This document shows positions 1-8,920 of a DNA stretch of 64,000 bases, in pieces. This DNA is from an uncultured Nitrososphaeraceae archaeon (GTDB taxonomy: Archaea; Thermoproteota; Nitrososphaeria; Nitrososphaerales; Nitrososphaeraceae): positions 1 through 64,000 of the forward strand of contig CAWIMJ010000007.1 of NCBI GenBank assembly GCA_963837175.1, given 5' to 3'. Position 1 is the stretch's first letter, and each line of letters starts with the position of its first letter. The translations under genes were made by a program, and so were the position numbers. Under the pieces are notes generated by a model, which saw only the letters and a list, made by a program, of their open reading frames with translations, was not told the origin of the DNA and ran no database searches.

Positions 1-987
1 GCTACCAATGAATTCCATTGCAGTCTTCCATTGATGTTCAAATTCAAAGTCATCAAGCGGTGGATCGCAATGTTCTTTGTTCCAGTTATATGCAAATGAG
101 TGTATGTGGTTTAAAGAAAGGATGCCTGCATTACGCCGTAGTAATGAATCCATTATTCTTAGAATTTTTACTGCACGTTCGCCTTCCAGAAGCTTTATTG
201 AAGGATTGAATAGTTCTTCGATTGGTATTTCTTGCGGTTGCGACTTTCCGTTTCCATTGTTTAAATACCTTAATCCATATTTTCTGCATATATTATCGAT
301 ATGTTCTTCAAAATCATCAACAATGACTGGTTTTTTTGTTCCAATGATTTGGTAACGTTGTCCATTTCTGTGAATCGAAGGTGAACAAAAGAATATTCCG
401 TGCTCGCCTTGACCTTTTATTTCTATTGCAGGAATTGCATTACTATTTATTTGCTGACTACCTAAATGATCATTGGTAATTCTATCGCTACTTTTCTTCG
501 CAAAAGGTCTGTGAGAATAGACATACATATGAGCCTTGTTTGTATCGTCTGAATGCTGTTCAACTAAAGTCCATTGCGCCAACTCATTTAATGAAATAGA
601 TCCTCCATTGCGTGTGCATAATTCTTCAATTGCTTTTAGATTATCAGCATCTATTCCATTAAGATATAAGCCAGACTTTTCTTTATTATGCCATACTTTA
701 CCAAGAATGACAGCCATGCCTTTGTTGAAGGCTCCTGTAGCCTTCCATTTATTATGCAAGTCTTCAGGAATTGGTGTATTCTGATACTCCATTCAAGATG
801 TCGATGTTGTTTTGTTCTGAGTATCTGCAGGTATTACATTAGCGCCTATTTCATAGTACCAAAAATCGGCCCAGCCATTATGATCATCCAAAGGAAAGCT
901 TTTTGAATCGGAGTTATAACCTTCTTCCGCTTTACTTTTGTCAAAAGATTTATCTCGTACATTTGGTATATACTCTTCATTCGTCAT
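1..987 (-). CDS. Bifunctional primase-polymerase (Prim-Pol)-like replication protein, partial, with an in-frame TGA at 793-795
   Basis: ORF 793..987 (WADFWYYEIGANVIPAD) continues in the same frame after TGA as MEYQNTPIPE...GMAVILGKVW...GIDAD...HMYVY...EIKG...SPSIHRNG and stays open to the window edge. DxD, His and PS-H motifs resemble AEP Prim-Pol domains. Confidence 0.7.
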
Positions 988-1195
988 TTTGGGTTAACTC
1001 CTGAGATAACGATGATATGGCATTAGTTACGGGTCCTCCAACCTCTTCTAATGCCTGTTGTTCTTTTTTCTTATGACATTTACAATCACATAATACATCA
1101 AAGCCTAAACCTTGCCATCTACCATAACAGCCATTATGCGTATCGTTCTTACATTGTTTAGAGAGAAAATCTATAGCAGTGGAACTATAAGTCAA
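977..1195 (-). CDS. Small Cys/His-rich hypothetical protein, possibly Zn-binding
   Basis: CKNDTHNGC...CDCKCH; overlaps both neighbouring genes in an operon-like way. Confidence 0.6.
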   Translation of the reverse strand: MTYSSTAIDFLSKQCKNDTHNGCYGRWQGLGFDVLCDCKCHKKKEQQALEEVGGPVTNAISSLSQELTQNDE

Positions 1196-1359
1196 ACTTT
1201 TATTTTACCTCCCTCTGCTTCTTCCAATTCATCCAATAATCGTCGAATCAGACTGGAGTACGACTCTCCGAATCGCCCTTTGTTTTTGAGACGAACGTAG
1301 ACATCTTCTCTTATTAAAACTGTGCACCTCTTGTTAGGTGAGCAACTTTTATAACTCAT
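1192..1359 (-). CDS. Small ribbon-helix-helix/antitoxin-like DNA-binding protein (55 aa, not in the ORF track)
   Basis: Translated by hand: MSYKSCSPNKRCTVLIREDVYVRLKNKGRFGESYSSLIRRLLDELEAEGGKIKV; its stop overlaps the TTG start of the next gene (TTGA). Confidence 0.7.
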   Translation of the reverse strand: MSYKSCSPNKRCTVLIREDVYVRLKNKGRFGESYSSLIRRLLDELEEAEGGKIKV

Positions 1360-1365
1360 TAAACA

Positions 1366-2205
1366 ATGTTCATGAACAACAATTACTTTAGGAATCTTGA
1401 CGAATTTATGGCTAAATTAGACAACAACGTTAAATTAACACAGGAAGAATTGCTACAAACCGGCAGGGTTCTTGTAGGCTGTACAAAATTAATAGATAAT
1501 ATAACTAGCATTAATCCCAAAACATATGCCAAAGCTCGCTCACATCGTCAAACTAAATCTCTGGCCCATGCAACTATATATCACAGCTTGCCGACAATAA
1601 TAAAAGAGAAGCCAAAATTCCGTCCTTATGACATCAAAAAAATTCTTCCAAAAGAGATGCAGAAGATAGATGATGCTTCCTTGACACGCATATTAAGATC
1701 TTCTGTTAACATCAAGGAATTAACTAAACTGAATAATATAACAGACGTCAAAGGTAAGAGGGGACATCCATTTAAAAATAACAATAACACAACTAGTATT
1801 TCTGGTGTGAAGTCATTTTATAAGCATTCATCATATTATGATAGTTTGGAAAAGGTCTTGGCTAAGGCTAAGATGAGAAAGCATATTTACAATCTTCTGT
1901 TAGAATCTGGTCTTCTTCACAGATATTTGAAGCATATTAGGATTATATCGCTTTATATCATAAAAGCAAATGATAAGAAAACAGCTTGGAATATAATCAA
2001 GTCAACTAAACCGCCAAATATGAAAACAGAATCAAAATTTGAAGCTGATTTTGAAGCTGATTACAAGAAGATAAGTGGTATTGAAGATGGCAAGAAACTA
2101 GAAGATATGGCAGAGATGTGGGCTAAGTCATTTATAAAAAATTATAAAGAGAACAATTTTATCAATCTGTATAAAGCTGGTGGACTAAGATTCTACTTAA
2201 ATTAA
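1366..2205 (+). CDS. Basic hypothetical protein of the element, possibly a winged-helix regulator
   Basis: 279-aa Lys-rich ORF, divergent from the replication operon and convergent with the integrase. Confidence 0.6.
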   Translation: MFMNNNYFRNLDEFMAKLDNNVKLTQEELLQTGRVLVGCTKLIDNITSINPKTYAKARSHRQTKSLAHATIYHSLPTIIKEKPKFRPYDIKKILPKEMQKIDDASLTRILRSSVNIKELTKLNNITDVKGKRGHPFKNNNNTTSISGVKSFYKHSSYYDSLEKVLAKAKMRKHIYNLLLESGLLHRYLKHIRIISLYIIKANDKKTAWNIIKSTKPPNMKTESKFEADFEADYKKISGIEDGKKLEDMAEMWAKSFIKNYKENNFINLYKAGGLRFYLN

Positions 2206-2222
2206 TGAATAAGATGTTTCGA

Positions 2223-3469
2223 TTATGAGGTCTTTATAGCCGGTTTCAATTGTCCTGAATCTATAAGTGATTGAATTAATACTTCGAACTGCTCTTGCTT
2301 CTTAATTAGAACTTCAATCTGCTTTTCTTTTTCAGACAATTTTGCATTTACCAGATATTCATTATCTTCAGATTTGTTTGCAAGCTCTTCTACCTTCTTT
2401 TGTAATGATTTTTCGTCATTGATAGTTAATGCATCTATACATTTTAAGTAGTCTTGCAATAGGTCATTTTCAGTAGGACGATAATATGAGTCACTTATGC
2501 CTGTGCTATGTCCCATCAGGTTTTCAATGTTGATTGGTTTCATTCCAGCTAATTCACAACGTGTCTTGAAATATTTTCGTAGAGAATGATTTGTAGGAAA
2601 TGGATGTCTTTTCTTTCCTGCTTCTAATTTTTTTCGTAGACCTTGTGCCCAAATAGCGCGCTCCATCAACCTCTTGACTCCTATAGCAGTTAGTTTCTTT
2701 GGAATTGTAACAAGACCTTTACTTATCTTTACCCGAGTATCCCATAGATCACGCATTACCCAGCTATTATCAGTTATTATCTCTCCTGATTCTTCTCTAT
2801 ACTTCATCCATTCTGAAAGTGCTCGATACGCTGATGGAGTTATGTATGTGATATAGGAATCATCTTCATCAGCATAAACTATCATTCTTGCTGCTACAAT
2901 TTTACCTTCTTGTTGGATAGGCTGAATATTTCCCCAATGCAAATAATCCCATGCACCAACACGTATACCTGAAGAGACCATAGTGTAGATAAGTGGTTTT
3001 ATTCTTCTATCAGGATATTCACACATCTTTTTAATTTCTTCAATGTTGGAGCTCTATCATCAGCATATCTTCTTCCCCTTGGAATACCTCTAGTAATTTT
3101 ATCCCATGGGATAGAAATGTCTGCCATCTGAGAGAATAACTTGATACTCTTTACATAGTTGCGTATTGTTCCTGCAGTTATTTCTTTACGGTCAACACGT
3201 TCTTTTAGTAATTGTATGAAACTGAGGATGCTATTGAAAGCCCAAATGTTATCATCTCTTCCTTTCTCTGCAAAGACTCTTGATTTATCTTGGAGTGTTC
3301 CAGACTCCAGAAGATTGAGAAAATCTAAAAACTTCTCTAATCTCATCAAATACTTTTCCTTTGTTGCTGGAGATTTCATGGCATATAGGTACGTCCATGG
3401 ATCTAATCCTCTTCTTTCTATTACTACTGTCGATGCTGATGGTCCTTCTATTTCTTTGTTCTCTAACAC
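2223..3469 (-). CDS. Tyrosine recombinase/integrase, split by one frameshift near 3030-3040
   Basis: SSGIRVGA (R), HSLR (HxxR), LMGH (H), SYYRP (Y) in 2223..3026; N-terminal part in 2999..3469 (DDRAPTL joins CEYPDRR). Confidence 0.9.
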
Positions 3470-3527
3470 TTTTCTTTCTTTTCACCTTATATTTTACAGG
3501 ACCCACTAAAAAGGACTGATATCGTAG

Positions 3528-3621
3528 CGGGTTCGGTGGGATTCGGACCCACGACATTATAACCCAGAGAAATCTTGACTGGTTAAGAGCCAGACGCTCT
3601 ACCTGGCTGAGCTACGAACCC
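3528..3621 (-). tRNA. tRNA-Lys(CTT) with a 20-nt non-canonical intron (position 42/43, 3559-3578)
   Basis: Acceptor stem GGGTTCG/CGAACCC, anticodon loop CT-CTT-AA; BHB motif with AACC/GGTT central helix; removing the intron restores a 74-nt cloverleaf. Confidence 0.9.
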
Positions 3622-3645
3622 GCAAAAAATCAGCATAACCAGGCG

Positions 3646-3655
3646 ATATTTAAAT
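3646..3655 (-). promoter_or_regulatory. TATA box of tRNA-Lys
   Basis: TTTAAATA on the minus strand about 26-33 nt upstream of the tRNA 5' end. Confidence 0.55.
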
Positions 3656-3679
3656 GAACCGAGAAAATAGGAGAACTAA

Positions 3680-4270
3680 TTATTGAGAAACTTTTTCTAT
3701 CTGTTGTTCTTTAATAATTCTAACTATGGCATCAGAAACAGAACAATTATATCTTTCTTTTTCCTTAAGAATCTTTCTATAAGCTTCTAGTGTAATATAA
3801 ACGGGAATAGAACCAGTTCCCTCCAACAATGCTTTTACCCTATATAGGCCATTTTCAATTCCTCTATCTGCTATATTCTTTATCTTGATTTTGTTCATTA
3901 ATCCTCCCAACGGACCCATAGGCATCCCATAATCGACAGTAATACTTGTGTTCGTAATTTTCTCAGCAAGCTCCTCAAATTGAACAGTGATTTGCCAGTG
4001 TTTAAAAGGACCTTTGATCATCTGCGCAACAATCTTACGATGGGGTATATAATCAATTGTTTCACAATCCCATTCTAATCTTTTACCATCAAAATCGCCA
4101 TTAATTCTAAAAATAGTGCCAACTCCAAAACCATTTTTTACTAGTATTGGAATAACGCTTAGATTCATATTTTCTGGAAATTGATCTGCCATGTGTTCAG
4201 GCCTTGCAAAATAGGTAAATACTTCATTGACAGGAGCATTAATTTCAATACTCTTGCTAATAATAGTCAT
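3680..4270 (-). CDS. SRPBCC (polyketide cyclase/START-like) protein with a short C-terminal RHH-like extension
   Basis: SIEINAPVNEVF...GPFKHW SRPBCC pattern; tail PVYITLEAYRKIL...SVSDAIVRII. Confidence 0.75.
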   Translation of the reverse strand: MTIISKSIEINAPVNEVFTYFARPEHMADQFPENMNLSVIPILVKNGFGVGTIFRINGDFDGKRLEWDCETIDYIPHRKIVAQMIKGPFKHWQITVQFEELAEKITNTSITVDYGMPMGPLGGLMNKIKIKNIADRGIENGLYRVKALLEGTGSIPVYITLEAYRKILKEKERYNCSVSDAIVRIIKEQQIEKVSQ

Positions 4271-4524
4271 AGTCTATCAAAGGATGTTAGTAGACTGGAT
4301 TTAAAGGTTTCTTACGCGATGGTCTTATAGGATTAGTAGAGAACTCCCATTAATCATCATATTAAAAAGAAAATTTCCTTCGTAAAGTTAGAGTTCAATT
4401 TTTACAAGCACTTATGACTTAAATGGATAATTTTAGAGATATACACATATATGTTTAGCATCTAATCGGCTGTAATTTTCAAAACAAAATAAAGAGTATC
4501 CTCAAGCAACAAAAAGTTGCATAC

Positions 4525-5476
4525 TCAGGCCAATGGATTACTATTTACAATTTCATTCAGACATTTTATTATATCATCTCTCGTGACAGGAATAGGATTA
4601 TTGTCCAAATGCCCTCGATCTGGCATGATTACATCGGCTGCGTGATCAACTGGCTGTTTCAGTTTTAGAGGCTCAAATTTCAATTTATGGCAAATTCTTT
4701 TAAAGCGTTCATAGTATACTGATTTATTGAATTTGTGTGCAATGGTAGTACAAGATGACAGGGCATAGCCGTGTGGAACACCTTCATTTGAAAAAACATA
4801 TGATAATGCATGGCCTAACGTTGTAGACGAATTTCCAAATCCTATTCCAGAGAGCATTGCTCCATATGGCAGCAGATGTGGTTTGTCATTTATTAGTGAA
4901 TCTTCCAGAATATCAAAAGCTTCTTTGCAAAAGAGTTTTGTAAATGGATTAGCAAGTTTACTATCATAGGCTTCTGAAGCTTGAGATGCAGCATCGCATG
5001 CAGAATTTCTCATGATATTAAAGGGAGTTCCGGGTAAAAAATATGGATCAACAATTGCAGCGTCTGCGAGAAATTGCTCATCTTGTAATAGTTTTTTTTT
5101 GTGTTCAAAACTTACAACTGCATATGTTGTCATTTCAGCACCTGTCCCGAAAGTTGTTGGGATCAAAATCTTCGGTATACCAGTTACTTTGCCAAGGTAC
5201 TTACATACATCCATAGAGCTTCCTCCACCAAGACCAATATATGTTGAAATATCCTTTCCCTCGGTACTCCCTTCTTATTGTCTCAATAGTTTCAATTGCA
5301 GGATCAGGAGTAACCTTGTCGTAAACTTCATAATTCCTTATTTGCATATATTCTAACCACCTATTATAAACGTCAGGAGTCGTCGTTGTTATGATTAAAG
5401 ATTTTGTTGGATATTCAAATTCCTTCGCAGCATTTTCGCCGAAGGCTATTTTTCTTGGCATCATTACCTTCCACAT
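4525..5476 (-). CDS. Iron-containing alcohol dehydrogenase family protein (frameshift near 5260); possibly a semialdehyde reductase of the HP/HB cycle
   Basis: GLGGGSSMD in the shifted frame, IPTTFGTGAEMT, HALS and HG metal ligands. The HP/HB role is inferred from thaumarchaeal Fe-ADH homologues. Confidence 0.85.
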
Positions 5477-5967
5477 AAGAAAAGGAGGTAGCCTTTACTG
5501 TATTATATTTTACTGACTCTCATAGAATTAAAAACTTGTTATTGCTTATGAATGTAAGATGTTACTCAATAGAACGTATCCACTTATCTTTTTTCATTAG
5601 TTGAAAATACGTACTGTTGATTAAAGCACAGAGATTTTATTAGAATCAATTCTTAATAGACACAATCAGTGCTTGCTGATGATGTCTACTTTAGAGGTGC
5701 ATATAAGAAAGATGAGATTAAGAAGGAGCTCTGTTGGCCGTAACTTACTTTAACAATTGATGTTATGGCTTTGACTTATTTAGTCACAAAGCTGAGAATA
5801 TTTTGTATTATTAATGATAGATCTTCTTTCTTTTTCTATATTTTTTTATATCTTTTTTTATATAATATACTAATAAAGTCTATTCAACAAGTCAGAATAT
5901 AGTTTTTTAGCAATTCGACAATTCTATAGGTACGAGTTATATGAGCCTGTTGTGATTTTATAATGTA

Positions 5968-7071
5968 ATGATGTTTGATAAAATATCATTCAAGCTAGGA
6001 ATTTCTATCTGTATTCTAATTTCAACTGGGCTTTTTTTATGCTATACTTCAAATTCATTAATACCTAGATCCTATGCTCATCTTTCACATTATCCTCATT
6101 ATAACGGTGGAGGAGATGGAGTAGGACAATACTATGCTTATATGGGAACGGATCCAGAATATGCTCGACCCTATGAGATAACCCAAATTACATTTAGTAT
6201 ACAAGATTTCAACGCTAATGATGTCTACAATGTAGAAACTATGGTTGAGATTTATGAAACCCTCACTGGCCAACGAATCGCCGTATATCCATGGACATTT
6301 CATGGCAGTGGTGATTTCAACATTAACTATGTATTCCCAAAGATAGGAAATTATCAGATAGTTCTTAGTGTAGCTAACAGTAACGATTCTACCATCAATT
6401 ACAATGAAATAGATCCTCCAAGAAGTATTCTGGGTAATACTCAGAATTGCAATTGCGATAGAGCAGTTTTCAATGTATCAATATCTAGTAATTTTGGTAG
6501 TATATTTGGCACAACCATGCTCATGGCGGTTGCAGGGCCTATAATTGTATTTGGGGTTGTTTTGGGAGTATCATATAGAAATAGAAGAAAAGGAGGAACA
6601 TATTCAAAGTTATCAGAAAAAGAGATGCTAAAATACACAATAATGTTTTTAGCGATGGCGGCAGGTTTGGTTCATTTAGCAATTTTTTCAGAACATGGCT
6701 CACGTCACATTTATTACAGTGTTTTCTTGTTAACAGCAGGAGTCGCTCAGATCGCCTATGGAATATCTTATGTATTAATCTCTCTAACAAACGAATCTAT
6801 TTATTACAAGAATAAAGATTTCGTAATGACTTATTACCGAAAGACAGTAATACTCAATTTGTTTGGGTTGCTAGGTACAGGAGTACTTCTAGGATTATAT
6901 ACATATTCTGTGATCTTTCCTCCTCCACTCTCACCAGCTAATGAGCCAGAGGCAATAGATTTAGCAGGTGTTCTAGACAAATCTCTAGAGATAGTTTTGT
7001 TTGCAGGAATTATATATCTTATGAAATGGGAAAAGCACAGATCACAGAATCAATTAGTGGATATAAAATGA
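5968..7071 (+). CDS. Membrane protein with signal peptide, extracellular beta-sandwich-like domain and multiple TM helices
   Basis: N-terminal hydrophobic segment, GNYQIVLSV strand, about five C-terminal TM segments containing His (LVHL, EH). Confidence 0.65.
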   Translation: MMFDKISFKLGISICILISTGLFLCYTSNSLIPRSYAHLSHYPHYNGGGDGVGQYYAYMGTDPEYARPYEITQITFSIQDFNANDVYNVETMVEIYETLTGQRIAVYPWTFHGSGDFNINYVFPKIGNYQIVLSVANSNDSTINYNEIDPPRSILGNTQNCNCDRAVFNVSISSNFGSIFGTTMLMAVAGPIIVFGVVLGVSYRNRRKGGTYSKLSEKEMLKYTIMFLAMAAGLVHLAIFSEHGSRHIYYSVFLLTAGVAQIAYGISYVLISLTNESIYYKNKDFVMTYYRKTVILNLFGLLGTGVLLGLYTYSVIFPPPLSPANEPEAIDLAGVLDKSLEIVLFAGIIYLMKWEKHRSQNQLVDIK

Positions 7072-7375
7072 AAAAGCTTTAAATTCTCGTGAGGAGTATT
7101 AATTATATATTCTATATTCCTAAAAGTTTATCTATTAATTTTTCTTGTTTCTTTTTCGATTTGTGATTATAATAGTTTCATCAACATTATATGCCTACAG
7201 TAATAATTATAATTCATACGATTGACAAATACTATGTGAAGCGAATGAAGATGTACAAATCATAAGGTAAAAATAATATTACATTGGAATAAAACAACAA
7301 CCTAACTACTTTAGTTTATTAGAATAACTTCAACAATTAATTATTATTCACAAGAACAAAAAGAACAATTAAACA

Positions 7376-7879
7376 TTATTTATTCAACGATGACTTTGTA
7401 TGCTTCTCTAATTCTGTCACTGTTCTTATCGTTTTGTTTTCAGTTAATTTAAAGGCTGATAGTACCATTATCAAAGTCATTGAAAATAATACCAGCCCAA
7501 GTCCGAGGTGAATTGTCACTAAGGTAGCATGCAATCTCTCAACTATAACAATAGCTCCTAATATTATTTGACCTATCACGGCAATACTAGCAATTATTGA
7601 TGCCGTTTTCATTCCTCTTGTAGCAACTCTAGATTTTAATGTAAATATCATAGTTATAATGACTAATAAGCCAGTTGTGGCTGCAATTGTCCTATGAAAA
7701 TATTCAATAATAAAGTCCTCAAGCGGTATGAGTCCAGCAGGACAGAGCGGCCAGTCAGGACAACTCAAGCCAACTCCAGATGCGTTGACATATCCTCCTA
7801 TAAATATTAGAGCATAAAGTACAGAAATAGTAGACAGGGAAAGGATTTTGAGTATGGCAATATTATTGTTATCTTTCAT
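7376..7879 (-). CDS. ctaA: Heme A synthase (COX15/CtaA, short archaeal type)
   Basis: GLSCPDWPLC, EYFHR, HLGLG; last gene of the cox operon. Confidence 0.9.
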   Translation of the reverse strand: MKDNNNIAILKILSLSTISVLYALIFIGGYVNASGVGLSCPDWPLCPAGLIPLEDFIIEYFHRTIAATTGLLVIITMIFTLKSRVATRGMKTASIIASIAVIGQIILGAIVIVERLHATLVTIHLGLGLVLFSMTLIMVLSAFKLTENKTIRTVTELEKHTKSSLNK

Positions 7880-7911
7880 TTCGTTCTGCTATGATATTAT
7901 TGTTCTTAATA

Positions 7912-8920
7912 TTATTGTACTATTATTTTGCCCGTCATAAATGGATGAACAGAACAATGAAAGTCATATTCTCCTGCTTGTAGATTTGCAGTCATTAATC
8001 TAGCAGATGCTGCAGCATTTATAATACTTGTATCAAACTGCTTACCTGCATCAGGTGCGTCTGGTGTTTTACCACTTGTAACTGTATGTGGCGATGAATC
8101 TTTGTTTACTACATCAATTTCATCACCCTTCTTGACTGTCAGAGAAACGGGATCATAAGAAGGATTGCCAGCAGTAGATGCACCTACAGGAATAGTTAGA
8201 GTAGCAGCTGCTGCTGGAGCAGAAGTCCTACTACCACTACCTGCTGTGGTGCCGGTGGTAGCATTACTACTTGCATTTCCTGCGCTAGTTGCAGCTCCAG
8301 CGCTTGCAGCTGTAACAGTAAGCTTTGATGACATATATGGATGAACGGCACAATAGTATGGTACTTCATCACCTTCTTTTACACCTTTTAGCGTCTGTGG
8401 TGTTGACTTTTCTCCTGGATTTATAATACTAGTATCAAATACTTTACCAGAATCTGGATCTGACGCTCCAGTGCCCGATGTAGCTGTATGTGCAGCAGTA
8501 TCTTCATTAACCCAAACTATGTTATCATTCACGGCTCGCTTTTGCAACATCAGGATTATAATCCGGAGATCCTTGAATAGAAGCTCCTTTTTGTATAGTA
8601 ATCGTTACACCAGCTACTGCTGGTGCATTTGTAGTCGTGCTGCCGCCGCCTTGAGTAGTAGGGGTAGTTGGTGTTGTTGGGGGGCCTTGAGTAGTAGGGT
8701 TAGTTGGTGTTCCTGGCGGGCCTGAAACTTCTGGAGTTGTACCTGCAGTAGGCGGCTGTACTGCTATACTCGAAACAGGTGGAGGATTTTTTGCCATTTG
8801 ATTCCAATTCGGAACAAGTATGACAGTACAAACTGCTATCACAATTACCATGATGGCGAGGCCCTGCGCCATACGCTTTGAAGAAGTTCTAATGATGTGG
8901 CTCTCGTCGTGCGAAGTCAT
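7912..8920 (-). CDS. Membrane-anchored blue-copper protein with two cupredoxin domains (frameshift near 8535)
   Basis: N-terminal TM, Pro/Thr linker, two type-1 Cu sites (HTATSG...CAVHPYM; HTVTSG...CSVHPFM); ORFs 8525..8950 and 7912..8550 join. Confidence 0.85.
7934..8226. repeat. Direct repeat copy 1 (293 bp, cupredoxin domain)
   Basis: Matches 10626-10918 with a single mismatch found by eye (GGTGTTTT vs GGTGCTTT). Confidence 0.95.

Larger units (their letters stand above)
1..3527 (-). mobile_element. Integrated element (plasmid/virus-like) at the 3' end of tRNA-Lys; continues beyond the left edge
   Basis: Tyrosine integrase immediately downstream of the tRNA 3' end, then an unknown ORF, a small RHH-like gene, a Cys-rich gene and a primase-polymerase-like gene. 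The distal att site is not in the window. Confidence 0.8.

Noticed and set aside
18-906. Plus-strand ORFs at the window start
   Set aside because: Antisense shadows of the minus-strand Prim-Pol gene.
2999-3050. Programmed frameshifting in the integrases
   Set aside because: The shifts are at different positions in the two paralogues and match the window-wide indel background.
3285-3557. 90-aa ORF overlapping tRNA-Lys and the integrase
   Set aside because: Alternative-frame shadow of the integrase and tRNA with no protein-like features.
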